DNA of 60,168 nt from a virus (taxonomy: Duplodnaviria > Caudoviricetes). The stretch lies in the IMG/VR virus record IMGVR_UViG_3300031753_000007, positions 1 to 60,168 of that record; one strand, written 5' to 3'. Numbering within the stretch: the stretch's first letter is position 1; every line of letters starts with the position of its first letter. Below are positions 8,381 to 18,800 of the stretch, one piece after another. The position numbers and the translations under genes were made by a program. A model generated the notes under the pieces. The model was not told the DNA's origin, did not search any database, and saw nothing but the letters and a program-made list of their open reading frames with translations.

Positions 8381-9721
8381 ATGCGACGCCTACTTACCCT
8401 ACTTACGTTACTTACTCTAAGTGGCCTAGCTGCACACGCTCAGATGGGCAACACAGTCACCGTACCTTTCGCTGGCGCACCCTCCGGCTCCTGCTCGGTG
8501 ATCATGTACGCCATCAACACCTCTAATGGCGACTTCTACGACTGCCCATCAGGCTCATGGGTTAAGGTAGGCAGCTCAGGCGGTGCAGGCGTCTCCAGCG
8601 TCGGCCTGACCGTCAACAGCACCAGCCCATCCGGTATCTACACGGTCACCGGCAGCCCCGTCACTACCACCGGCACCCTCAACATCAATCTAGCAGGCAC
8701 CTCAGGCGGCGTCCCCTACTTCTCCAGTGGTACCGTCCTCTCCTCCTCAGGTGCCCTCACAGTGAACGTCCCAGTACTCGGAGGAGGCGCAGGCGCCACG
8801 CCCACCCCCAGCGCAATCGAGACCCACAGTGCCACCGCTGTCACCAACACAGGCACTGGCGGCTACACCCTCAATGGTACCGGCAACCAGATCACCTCTA
8901 CCCAAGGCACCATCACGACCTCTGCCCCCTTCACCACACATACCGTCACGTGGAACGCAGCTGGCGTCGCCTTCACGAACTGGCTCTCCAACCTTACCTG
9001 TACAGCTGCCGCTACAGGCTCGATTGCGGCAGGCTTCGGTACTGCTGGTACGCAATGGCAATTCAAGTATGGTGCCGCTAATTGCGCCAGCCCCCAATTA
9101 CTAAGTCCAGACGGTACTGTGGCACTTCCAGCCTATGCCTTCGGCGCAGCAACCGGCACAGGCTTCAGCCGCAATGGCGCCAACATCGTAGTTAGCATAG
9201 CGGGGGGAGCCCAGATATCACTGACGAGCTCTAGTGGAGTATCCCTAAACTCAGGAGATTGGTATGTCTGGTCTTCTACAAGTGATCCGACTGCCGCCCA
9301 CGACACATCGCTAGCGCGATCGGCGGCTAAGTCCGTACAGATCGGCGTCAACGGCGACTCGACCGGCAATATCAAAGTAGCTGCTTATAAAACAGATACT
9401 AACTGTGCAGCAGTCGGCACGGCAGCCAATCCTTCTGTGGCCTCCTGCACAGGAGCTACGGCTGGCTCCTTCTCCTGTGCCACGAACGCTTCTACGGGTA
9501 CCTGTACAGTGAACACGACCGCGGTGACAGTCAATAGTGAGATATTCATCGAGGGCCGTAACGATACGACTACAGGTACGCGCCTTGGCGTAACCTGTAA
9601 TACAGGCATCACCACGGCTCTTCCAGAGATATCAGCAGTCGTCGCGGCCACCAGCTTCACCATTAACTTAGGCACGTTCACTTCGAATCCTGAATGCTTC
9701 TCTTACTTCATCGTGAACTGA
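8381..9721 (+). CDS. Gly/Ser/Thr-rich fibre-like protein with Sec signal peptide
   Basis: GGAGGT SD; MRRLLTLLTLLTLSGLAAHA/Q leader; 10 Cys; GVSSVGL fibre-type motif. Confidence 0.65.
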   Translation: MRRLLTLLTLLTLSGLAAHAQMGNTVTVPFAGAPSGSCSVIMYAINTSNGDFYDCPSGSWVKVGSSGGAGVSSVGLTVNSTSPSGIYTVTGSPVTTTGTLNINLAGTSGGVPYFSSGTVLSSSGALTVNVPVLGGGAGATPTPSAIETHSATAVTNTGTGGYTLNGTGNQITSTQGTITTSAPFTTHTVTWNAAGVAFTNWLSNLTCTAAATGSIAAGFGTAGTQWQFKYGAANCASPQLLSPDGTVALPAYAFGAATGTGFSRNGANIVVSIAGGAQISLTSSSGVSLNSGDWYVWSSTSDPTAAHDTSLARSAAKSVQIGVNGDSTGNIKVAAYKTDTNCAAVGTAANPSVASCTGATAGSFSCATNASTGTCTVNTTAVTVNSEIFIEGRNDTTTGTRLGVTCNTGITTALPEISAVVAATSFTINLGTFTSNPECFSYFIVN

Positions 9722-10554
9722 TGAGGCTACTCCTACTCATCCCGCTGCTCTGCACCATCGCAACAGGCCAGACCTATCAGACATGGCTGAACGCCAAGGG
9801 TGACGTATACGGATGGGTATCGACTAACTCGTGGAAGCCACCTACAGGCCTAGTCATCCTCATTCTCTCCGGCACCTGCCCCACAGGATTCACCGAAGCC
9901 AGCGCTCTCAACGGCAAGATGCTCCGCGGCACGATCGCCGCGAACGGTGACGTGGGCACTACAGGCGGCAACGCGACCATCACACCTACAGGCACAGTGA
10001 GCACTCCAACGCTTACCATGAATGCCTACACGCCAGCTGGCACAGTCGCAGCCCCCGTGTTCACAGGCTCTGCAGGCATAGTTCCAGCACAGACCTTCAC
10101 CGGCTCAGCCGGTACAGTCCCGGCTCAGACTTTCACCGGAACCACAAGCCAAGTCACCTCTGCCACCAGCGCAGGTACGCCCGCAGGCACGAACGGTGCC
10201 ACCGCTACCTCCGGCAACTGTGCCGCTACTAACATCGCCGCAGGCACGGGCTCCACCACTGCCTGTAAGGCGACTGCCCCGAACCTGGCCGTCCCGGCAG
10301 AGACCTTCACCGGTAGTGCTCTCGCAACCCATACGCATACGCTTACTCCAGCTGGCACGAACTCCACAGCAGCCTTCACGCCCGCAGGCACAAACAGCAC
10401 TGCCGCCTTCACTCCAGCCGGCACAAACTCCGCCCCCGCCTTCACCGGCACGCAAGCTACGTTGACCGGATCCGTCAGTCAGCCAACCTTCACAGGCAAC
10501 GCAATCGACCCCAGCCCAGCATGGCTCAAGGTGATCTTCTGCTCCGCGAACTGA
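9721..10554 (+). CDS. Fibre/collar-like protein with signal peptide and TPAGT repeats
   Basis: MRLLLLIPLLCTIATG/Q; PTGLVILILSGTCPTGF and PAWLKVIFC collar-like ends. Confidence 0.65.
   Translation: MRLLLLIPLLCTIATGQTYQTWLNAKGDVYGWVSTNSWKPPTGLVILILSGTCPTGFTEASALNGKMLRGTIAANGDVGTTGGNATITPTGTVSTPTLTMNAYTPAGTVAAPVFTGSAGIVPAQTFTGSAGTVPAQTFTGTTSQVTSATSAGTPAGTNGATATSGNCAATNIAAGTGSTTACKATAPNLAVPAETFTGSALATHTHTLTPAGTNSTAAFTPAGTNSTAAFTPAGTNSAPAFTGTQATLTGSVSQPTFTGNAIDPSPAWLKVIFCSAN
10345..10449 (+). repeat. Three tandem 33-bp coding repeats (TPAGTNSxxAF)
   Basis: TPAGTNSTAAF, TPAGTNSTAAF, TPAGTNSAPAF in translation. Confidence 0.85.
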
Positions 10555-10625
10555 GGTAACATATGCAAATGCTTGACACGACCACTCATGACGTGCGTAA
10601 ATCGGCGCAAGCGGAGGACTAGCCA

Positions 10626-10814
10626 ATGGCCAAGAAGTGGATGCAGGCTGCCACCAAGAAGATGGAGGAGCACGGCACCAAGGGCAGCCTCACGCGCATC
10701 GCCAAGCGTCACGGCGAGAGCCCAATGGAATTCGCTCGTGAGCACTACCATTCCAAGGGTAAGGTCGGCGCGAAGGCACGTTTCGCCGTCAACGCCCAGA
10801 AGAGGTCGAAGTGA
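10626..10814 (+). CDS. Small basic protein
   Basis: GGAGG SD; MAKKWMQAA..AKARFAVNAQK. Confidence 0.8.
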   Translation: MAKKWMQAATKKMEEHGTKGSLTRIAKRHGESPMEFAREHYHSKGKVGAKARFAVNAQKRSK

Positions 10815-11050
10815 GCAACGGGGACGACGATATGGCCTCCTCAAAGAGCAGCACGCTCAGCGCCATCGGCAAAGAAATGCGCGACAATCCACCTGCGGTG
10901 CTTAACGCCACTCGTCGTAAATTTGGCGTCGCCCGGGCAGAGAAGCAACGCGTCGCCATCCTCTTGAGCAAAGGCCGTCAGGCCGGCGTCAAGATCCCTA
11001 AGCCCTCCTCGGGGGGCGGTAAGTCAATGTCCAACGGAGGAGGTTACTAG
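10811..11050 (+). CDS. Small basic protein
   Basis: KQRVAILLSKGRQAG; GTGA overlap, alternative ATG at 10832. Confidence 0.75.
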   Translation: MSNGDDDMASSKSSTLSAIGKEMRDNPPAVLNATRRKFGVARAEKQRVAILLSKGRQAGVKIPKPSSGGGKSMSNGGGY

Positions 11051-11051
11051 C

Positions 11052-11273
11052 ATGGCACACTACAAGGCACATGCGCATGAAGGCCATCACATGGCCCACA
11101 GCAAGCGAGCCGACCACCACGCCTCGCACCACGGCCACGAGCACTTCGGCAAGTCAGGCGGTGGCCACGGCGGCCTGCACACGAAGCTCGTCTCCAGCCC
11201 CATGAGCCCAGGCATGACGCCCAAAGGTGGTGGCAAATCGATGCACGGCAAGTCTCACGGCCACAACAAGTAA
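11052..11273 (+). CDS. His/Gly-rich basic protein
   Basis: GGAGG SD; 17 His in 73 aa. Confidence 0.8.
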   Translation: MAHYKAHAHEGHHMAHSKRADHHASHHGHEHFGKSGGGHGGLHTKLVSSPMSPGMTPKGGGKSMHGKSHGHNK

Positions 11274-11288
11274 CACACGAGGCGCATC

Positions 11289-11654
11289 ATGTCGGCAGCT
11301 CCGGTCTCGCTCAACGGTGGTCCCCCGCTTCCACCCAACCTCCAGCCTCAGCCACAGCCCACCGTGGCCGGTCTGGCAGGCCAGGGACCATCGCAGAATC
11401 CGGAGCAGCCTGGCGGTAGCGCCTCCCTACAACAGGCCGTCATTCAGCGCCTCATGTTTGTCGAAAGCGCCCTGAACGACGTTGGCAAGATGATGCCAGC
11501 CGCGGCACCTGTCGTAGACGGCTTGGTGAATCAGTTGCGCAAGGGTATGGGTGCGGTGCTCGCGCAAGGTGCGCAGCCTCCGCCTGCCCAAGGCCCCCCA
11601 ACCGGCTCCATGTTGATGGCCGGTGGCGGGATGGGTCAAGCGCCAAGTTCGTAG
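11289..11654 (+). CDS. Pro/Gly-rich head-module protein
   Basis: GAGG SD; helical core with disordered ends, upstream of scaffold. Confidence 0.7.
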   Translation: MSAAPVSLNGGPPLPPNLQPQPQPTVAGLAGQGPSQNPEQPGGSASLQQAVIQRLMFVESALNDVGKMMPAAAPVVDGLVNQLRKGMGAVLAQGAQPPPAQGPPTGSMLMAGGGMGQAPSS

Positions 11655-11727
11655 CAAGTGCAGTAGCTCCAAGTAACTAGGCACTGGCACCCCTCACGGG
11701 TAGGTGCTGGCAGTTCAAGGAGGAAGT

Positions 11728-12534
11728 ATGGCAGTAGACGTCAAGCAGTACGTGGACCAGCTGGCTCAGACGGCAGGCCTCTCTGACGAAGAGAAGGCAG
11801 GCATTCTGAAGGCTTTGGGAAACGAGAAGTTCGCCAAAGGTCTGCAAGAGGGAGTCGAGCTGCGCTCGGACTACTCTCGCAACATGGACGCCATCAAAGC
11901 CGAGCGGGACAAGCAGGCCAAGTTTTACCAGGACATGCTCGTCTGGCAGAAAGCGGAAGAGGACCGCCTCGCCGCAGCCTACAACCAGCTCAACCCAACC
12001 GTGAACCCACAACCGCAGCCCAACACATTCGATCCCGAGGCCTTCAAGAAGTCGCTCCTCGACGAGTTCAACAAGTCCGCCGCCCAGAAGGAGGCTAACT
12101 ACATCTCCCTCCTGAAGGATGCGGTCTCGCTTGGCACCCGTCATCTGTACGAGTTCAAGGAGCCTCTCGACACCGAAGTACTGGCTAAGACAGCCGTAGA
12201 CAAGGGCATGTCCCTGCGCCAAGCCTACGACGAGATGGTCGCCCCTCGCCGCACCGAACTGCAGCAGGCCGACTTCAAGGCCAAGCTAGCCGCGGCCAAA
12301 CTCGAGGGCGCCCAGGAGTTCGCGAACACGCACAAGATTCCACTCGACACTTCACCGCGCGAGTACCACCCCATTCTGGATAAGCCCTCCGGCGCCGTCA
12401 CGGACTACGTACCCAACAGTGGCCGCCTGACCCCCCAGAGTGAGCGTGTCCTCCGCGACAACTTCGCCTCGGAGTGGGAAAAAGAGGGAGCCCGTCAATC
12501 CGCCCTAGAGCGGGTCGGCACCTCTGGCACGTAG
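11728..12534 (+). CDS. Capsid scaffolding protein
   Basis: AGGAGG SD; RSDYSR motif, coiled-coil, directly before MCP. Confidence 0.75.
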   Translation: MAVDVKQYVDQLAQTAGLSDEEKAGILKALGNEKFAKGLQEGVELRSDYSRNMDAIKAERDKQAKFYQDMLVWQKAEEDRLAAAYNQLNPTVNPQPQPNTFDPEAFKKSLLDEFNKSAAQKEANYISLLKDAVSLGTRHLYEFKEPLDTEVLAKTAVDKGMSLRQAYDEMVAPRRTELQQADFKAKLAAAKLEGAQEFANTHKIPLDTSPREYHPILDKPSGAVTDYVPNSGRLTPQSERVLRDNFASEWEKEGARQSALERVGTSGT

Positions 12535-12599
12535 CACGCGACACCACAAGATGACGTCACAGGCGTCTCCTGATCGGGTCCGTGCGCAATAGGTAAATT

Positions 12600-13685
12600 G
12601 TGGCAGAACTCGATCAGTTAAACGTAAGCACCCGTCGCTATATCCGCGACAACCCTGCCCTGGTCGATGACTGGTCGCAGAACGATCCGCTCATCGCCTA
12701 CCTCAAGCTCAATGTCCGCGAGAGCTACACGGGCGGCACCCTCATCCAGGAAGGCTTCACCTTCGACGGTCTGATCGGCAGCTCCTACCTCAAGGGCAAG
12801 GAGTTCAACATCACTGAGAAGCAGGTCGAGCAGGCGAAGCAGTTCACCATGAAGTTCTTCGAGGTCGGCGTCACGCTCTCGCAGGAAGACGTCGAGGTCC
12901 TCAACAAGGGCCCGCTCGCAGTCTTCAACCTCATCGACAGTCGCATGACCACGGCCTACCAGACGCTTGGCGTCCAGATGGCCATCGCTCAGTACCTCAA
13001 CGGTATCAATGCGGGTTACACGCCCAACTTCAACGGTCTGCCCGAGGCCCTGAACGACAACTCGACCAACTCGTGGGACGGCAATACCTATCCTACCTAC
13101 GGCGGCATCACGCGCGGTGGCCAGGTGGGCAGCTCCCTCAACTCGACGCCCACCAACGTCGCCGGCCCGATCCTCTACACGACGCTAGAGAACACCTACG
13201 GCAACGCTGAGTTCGGCAACATCCAGCCCAACCTCGGCGTGACCACTGTCAAGGGCTACTCCTACATCAAGGAGAAGTTCCAGACGCAGCAGCGCTTCAA
13301 CGATACGCAGGACCCGGCGATCGGCTTCAACGGGATGAAGTTCAACAGCGCTACCCTAATCAAGTCGCGCTACGCTCCCGGCTCCGACATCGGCCAGACC
13401 TCTCCGCAGACCACGACCAACAACACGGCCGTCCAGTACCTGCAGGAGATGTCAGGAGGTGCTGTCACCGCCTACCCGACCATCACCACCGAGACCTTGT
13501 GGTGGCTCAACGCCCGCAAGCCTTTCCTGAACTTCTACATCTCAGACTCGCCTAAGTTCGGGTTCGGCTTCACCGGCTTCAAGCCGGCACAGGGCAACAC
13601 CAAGGTTGTGGGACAGGTGCTCGCCGCATGCGCGATCACCCTCGACCCAAGGTATCATCAACAGTTGTATGGAATCTCCGCATAG
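12600..13685 (+). CDS. Major capsid protein
   Basis: 361 aa; GGTLIQE, FNGLPEA, TYGGITR, GFNGMKFNSA, PRYHQQLYGI; position after scaffold. Confidence 0.85.
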   Translation: MAELDQLNVSTRRYIRDNPALVDDWSQNDPLIAYLKLNVRESYTGGTLIQEGFTFDGLIGSSYLKGKEFNITEKQVEQAKQFTMKFFEVGVTLSQEDVEVLNKGPLAVFNLIDSRMTTAYQTLGVQMAIAQYLNGINAGYTPNFNGLPEALNDNSTNSWDGNTYPTYGGITRGGQVGSSLNSTPTNVAGPILYTTLENTYGNAEFGNIQPNLGVTTVKGYSYIKEKFQTQQRFNDTQDPAIGFNGMKFNSATLIKSRYAPGSDIGQTSPQTTTNNTAVQYLQEMSGGAVTAYPTITTETLWWLNARKPFLNFYISDSPKFGFGFTGFKPAQGNTKVVGQVLAACAITLDPRYHQQLYGISA

Positions 13686-13775
13686 TCCTGATTCCATTGG
13701 ACTTAGCGGTGTAGTGAAAGGTGAGCTAGCCGAGCTCCCCATGCACGAGTTGCAACCGGCAAAAGGAGACCACCA

Positions 13776-14366
13776 ATGCCTTATGGACGTATAGATCCAA
13801 CCATGTACGTGGGGCCGTTCTCGAACATCGAACGCATGAACGCCACCACGCTCTACAAGCCCGGGGAGCTCGGCTCTCAGATCCAGGTTAACCAGCGCGG
13901 CTACCAGCTCGTGCAAGTGGACAGCGGCGCAACCGCATCCACTGGCGCAGGCCACGCCCCGCAAGGCGGCGACCTCGCCTTCTGGAAGGACAAGACCAAG
14001 TGGCTCGTCACTAACGACCGCGTACAAGCGGCAGGTGGCGTCACCAATTCCCGCAACATGGTGGCAGGCGTCTTCTGCTCGATTACGCAGGGCGCATCGG
14101 GCACCGCCTCGATCACCCCAGGTAACTTCGGCGTGATCCAGCAGCGTGGCCAGCATACGGGCGTCCTCACCTCAGCCTCGACCGTCACCGCAGGCCTGGC
14201 GCTGATCGTCAGCTCCTCGTCCACTGTGCCCGACGCCACCAACAGCGCGATCGGCGTCGCTCCACTCACGCCCATCGTAGGTATCGCCACCGCCGCCAAC
14301 GGCGCCGTGACCGCCACCTACACCCCTGCCACTCTTGGAGGCTGGGACTTGGTCGACGTACCGTAA
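13776..14366 (+). CDS. Capsid decoration/cement-like protein
   Basis: Follows MCP; YQLVQVD, GNFGVIQQRG. Confidence 0.6.
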   Translation: MPYGRIDPTMYVGPFSNIERMNATTLYKPGELGSQIQVNQRGYQLVQVDSGATASTGAGHAPQGGDLAFWKDKTKWLVTNDRVQAAGGVTNSRNMVAGVFCSITQGASGTASITPGNFGVIQQRGQHTGVLTSASTVTAGLALIVSSSSTVPDATNSAIGVAPLTPIVGIATAANGAVTATYTPATLGGWDLVDVP

Positions 14367-14379
14367 AGGAGGAGACGCA

Positions 14380-14628
14380 ATGGCCGTACAGACACCGGAC
14401 GCCAACTCACGTTTCGATAACGTGGTTGGCAACATACGCCAAGTCACGGCACGCTTCGCCTCCGTGGCCAATAACGATACCTGGGCAACTGGCCTCGGCA
14501 CTATCACCTCGCTCTCGATGGATTCTGGGACATCAAGTGCGATCGGGGCCACGACCTCAGGGGGCACTGTAACCTTCGTGACAGGCGGCACAGTCACGGG
14601 AGTTCAGGCCCAGATCCAGGGATTCTAG
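14380..14628 (+). CDS. Small virion protein
   Basis: AAGGAGG SD; beta-rich. Confidence 0.65.
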   Translation: MAVQTPDANSRFDNVVGNIRQVTARFASVANNDTWATGLGTITSLSMDSGTSSAIGATTSGGTVTFVTGGTVTGVQAQIQGF

Positions 14629-14649
14629 CGCTCAGGAAGGAGACGCAGT

Positions 14650-15585
14650 GTGCTCAGCACATACGACGGTCTGGTTCGCCAAGTATTGTTGCGCTGCCCC
14701 TCTGCGTCTCTTTTCCTAGCAAGAGAATGGCTGGACTACGCGTTCCGTCAACTCTGGGACACGCGTCTCTGGAGCTGGCAGCGCCGCTTCAGCCAGTTCC
14801 TTCTCATGCAGCAGTACGGCACGGGCCTCGTCAACGTTACCCGTGGTTCCACCACCGTCATAGGCGTCGGCGCGACCTTCACCTCCTCGATGGTGAACGC
14901 CCAGTTCCGTGTCGGCACTCAGACTCCCATCTACACCATCGCCAGCTTCACCAGTGCCACACAGATCGACCTCAACCAAGTGTGGGGTGGCAACAGTGCC
15001 AATGGCGTCACTTACTCTATCTACAACGCCTATGTCACCGCTCCAAGCGACTTCCAGAACTTCGTGACCGTTTGGGATCCCCTTTTTAACTGGCAACTTG
15101 AGACCAACGTTACGCAGGAAGAGCTGAACGCATGGGACGCCCAGCGTGCGAATACGGGCACGGCCTATGTAGTCGCAAGCCTTTACTACGACGTTAACGT
15201 GAACAATCCGCCGCTGCCGATGTTCGAGATCTGGCCGCACCAGCGTGCACAGTACGTATACCCCTTCATCTATGTGTCGCGTCCACCTGACCTCAGTGAC
15301 CCTGGCGCAACGCTTCCTCGTTATATAAGAGGCGACGTGCTCTTAGAGAGTGCACTCGCCCAATGCGCTCGTTGGCCCGGTCCTGCACGCGACGCAGCGA
15401 ACCCATACTTCAATCTTGCGACTGCCACCATGCACGACAAACGCTACGCCGAGATGGTCCGCCAGATGGAAATCACGGATGACAACATCATGGAAAATGA
15501 TGTGACCTACGTAAGTCTGTCGGCAATGCCTTTTGCCTCAATTCCCTATGGAGACGCGCGTTTCCTTCAAAATCATGATATCTGA
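14650..15585 (+). CDS. Head-tail adaptor/ring protein 1 with inserted beta domain
   Basis: N-terminal helices (WLDYAFRQL..WSW), FEIWP..YVSRPPDL..LP adaptor pattern. Confidence 0.65.
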   Translation: MLSTYDGLVRQVLLRCPSASLFLAREWLDYAFRQLWDTRLWSWQRRFSQFLLMQQYGTGLVNVTRGSTTVIGVGATFTSSMVNAQFRVGTQTPIYTIASFTSATQIDLNQVWGGNSANGVTYSIYNAYVTAPSDFQNFVTVWDPLFNWQLETNVTQEELNAWDAQRANTGTAYVVASLYYDVNVNNPPLPMFEIWPHQRAQYVYPFIYVSRPPDLSDPGATLPRYIRGDVLLESALAQCARWPGPARDAANPYFNLATATMHDKRYAEMVRQMEITDDNIMENDVTYVSLSAMPFASIPYGDARFLQNHDI

Positions 15586-15607
15586 CACTTACTAAGGAGG
15601 CACCACA

Positions 15608-15805
15608 ATGGCACAACGACGTGGACCGATCGAGACCCCGGACGACTTCGTACCCGGCAAGGACGCCTATGACGCAACTGAGGACTGTACCTACGACGGC
15701 CTCGACGGTGAACCCTACTCCAAGCACAAGGGCACAGGCGGCAAGATCAAGGAAGTTACGCTGGATCAGGAGGGCGTCTTCGGTCGCGTCCCCCAGGAGG
15801 ACTGA
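15608..15805 (+). CDS. Small acidic protein
   Basis: AAGGAGG SD. Confidence 0.7.
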   Translation: MAQRRGPIETPDDFVPGKDAYDATEDCTYDGLDGEPYSKHKGTGGKIKEVTLDQEGVFGRVPQED

Positions 15806-15809
15806 GCCA

Positions 15810-18800
15810 GTGCGCCTGCGCCTCGCCGTTCTCGCTGGCCTCCTCGCTCTCGTGTGCCTGCCTGCGCACGCCGTGGACATCTATGCCCGCTACAATGGCA
15901 ACTGCATGCAGGGAGGATCGCCGGTCACCGTCAATGGTATCCAGTCCTCGCAGAAGGTCATGCAGTCGTTCCCTGGCGCGGGCTGCTCGGTCACTGTCTT
16001 CCTACATGGCACGCTGACGCTCGCATCCATCTTCTCCGATGCCGGGGGCCTGTTCCCTCTCGCCAATCCGTTCAGCGCTACTTCCACAGGCATCGCGGCT
16101 TGGTACAGTGCTGACGGCCGCTACGATGTGCAATACGGGGGCACCTCGATCACCTCTCCCTTCACTATCTCTGATATCGGTCTCTGCTTCTCTTGCGTAG
16201 GTGGCACAGGTACAGTCACATCCTCTGGCAGCCCCGTCGCGGGCAACATCCCTAAGTTCACCAGCCCCACGAACATCGCGCCCGCAGCAGCAACCGATCT
16301 CATCGCCCTCTGGAGCGGCACCTGCAACGCCAGCACCTTCCTGCGCGGCGACGGTGCCTGTGCCACAGCTGGAGGCGGCACCCCAGGCGGCTCTAACACG
16401 CAGCTTCAGTTCAACAACTCCAGTGCCTTTGGGGGCATCACCAACGTCGCAGGTGGCTCCCTGTTGGCTTCCGGTGGAGTCAGCACCACACCCAGTTTCC
16501 AGGTCAAGGCCATCTACGATACGCGCGACTGGATGACCTGCGACGGTTCAACCGACGCCAGCTCCGGGATGAACAGCCTGCTCTCAGCCATTGGCACGGC
16601 CGAGGCCTCCATTCGTTTCATCGGTTCCTCGAACGCTAGCGCCGCCTGTCGCATTGGTAATACCTTCTTCCCCGCTAACGTATCGCTTGATTTCTCGGGT
16701 GGTGGCGCTCTGCAGCTCATCAGCTCCTCCACTGTCATCGGTGGAGGCAGTTATGTCAACGGCACGAGTGTCGAATGTGGCACGGGCACGACCTGTAGCC
16801 TTCCTGCTCTAAGCGTCACAGCAGGCAATACGATCGTGGTCATGGAGGCGCCCTATCCAGGCTTCACTTTCAAAACAACGAAGGTGGCCGACTCTTGCGG
16901 CAACTTTTATATCCACGTTTTCCAGTCGCTTGCCAATCAGCCGCGTAACCAGGGTGCATGGGTCGCTTCAAATGTTAGCGCTGGTGGAGGTACCTGCATC
17001 ATCACCGCTACCACCAATGGCTCTGTGACCACCCATATGATGCTCGCTGCCCAAGTGACTGGTATGGGACCAGTGACTGCCCTCGATACCAGCGCCTCCG
17101 CAAACAGTACAGGCACAACCATGAGCAGTGGCGCTGCTACGACACTCACAGGTGCCTTCCTGCTTGGCTTTGGTGGCCAGCCCTTCACGTCAGAAACATG
17201 CACCGCGGGCGCTGGTTATACACAGCCAGCAAGCGTGGCTGGCCAGTCTACGAATGGCCATATCTGCGCTGAGTATAAGAACGTCTCAAGTGGAGGCTCG
17301 ACCACTGCCACCCAGACCATTACTTCCGACCCTTCCCCCGGCACTTGGGTCTACAGCCTGATCTCGCTTAAGCCTGGCAATGCCACAGGTACGATCTGGG
17401 GCGGCATCATCAATCCAGATCGCCACCAGATCTTCCTGAACGCGGACAGTGCCACTGGCCATGGCGTGATCGACTTTACTGGATCCCCCATCACGTTCGA
17501 CATTTACCCGGAGTGGTGGGGGGCGTCTTCCAATGCGACCGGGGCTACAAACACACCTGCCATCCAAGCTGCGATCTGGGCAGCTTATGGCGGCGGCCAA
17601 ACTCAGGCGCGTACCAATGCCAGTGGTCTCGCCGTCTACAATCGGCCCCTGCGCATCACCAGCTCCTACCCGATCAATGGTGAGCTGAAGATGTACGACG
17701 TGATCGGCTTCCAGATGTTGGGCGTGAACCGCCTCTTCTCCGGCTTCACCCAGAACACAGCTAACCTGCGCATCATTGACGGCCAAGCCATTGCGTATGG
17801 AGAATTCTCCGATCTCAACTTCACGAACGCCGCTAGCTCAACCAATGCCCAAGTCGACTTAGACTTCAATGGGACCTCGACGCCTAACGATCTGCGGCCG
17901 CAGTTCATAGACTTCCATCGCGACAACTTCGTCGGCAACAATCAGACCGATGTCGGCGTCCTCATCGCTAAGTCGGGGGGCACCGCCCAAGGCTCCAATA
18001 TCCAATGTTACGACTGTGCGTCTGTCGGCTTCACGGGAGCTGCATGGCAGATTGGTGGCAACAATACCGGGCGTAACGCTGGGCGATTCTATGCGTTGAA
18101 TGCCCTCGCACTTGGCTACACCGGAGACATCCAAGGATGCCCTCTCTATGGCATCGCTGTCTATGGAGGAGGCTACATTAGCGTCGGCGGCGACACCGGC
18201 ACCGGCATGACCACCATGGAGAACGGATTCTCCACGCAGACCGGCTTCGACATGTACTGTGAGGCGACGCAGGGCCCCTGCATCATGGATCACGTCCGCT
18301 CCGAGAGCCGCCGCCTGATCGCAGGCAGCAATATCCACGTGAAGGATAGTCGTACGCTGAATCAGTCGGCCTTCCCGACGCCAGGCAACACTTTCCCAGT
18401 CTTCCCTACCGTGGGCTCGATCATTCAAGGCTCCGCGGTCGGCGGCGATGGCCACTACTATAAGGTTACAGGCCAGACATCAGCCTTTGGCGGTGTGGGC
18501 ACGCCAGCGGCACCTGTATTGGCGAGTAGCGGCAGCACAACCACTGTGGCGAATACCAACGAGACCGTCGCAGGATCACTTACAATCAAGGCTTTCACCG
18601 CGCTGGAAACGGTCACGCAGGCCGTCACCGGAGCCTCTGGCACCTTGCTGAATCTGCCCACTTCTACGGGCACCATCACCGGCTCCGTGGCAACTGGCAC
18701 GATCGGTAGCGGTGATACCATGACCCAAGCTACGTCGGGCGTTACCTGCACGTCCAGCAATACTCCTACGGGGACGCAGTCGCTGCTCTGTACCAACTTC

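Noticed and set aside
10030-10500. CRISPR-like or DGR-like repeats
   Set aside because: In-frame coding repeats with synonymous variation; no spacers and no reverse transcriptase.
13686-13775. c-di-GMP-II riboswitch after the capsid gene (GAGCTAG..TGCAACCGGC)
   Set aside because: Only the 3' words match; the upstream GGGCAC pseudoknot partner and the expected spacing are missing. An Infernal search would settle it.
15621-15809. N-terminal extension of the tailspike given in the ORF track
   Set aside because: Overlaps ORF 15608-15805; the SD supports GTG 15810.
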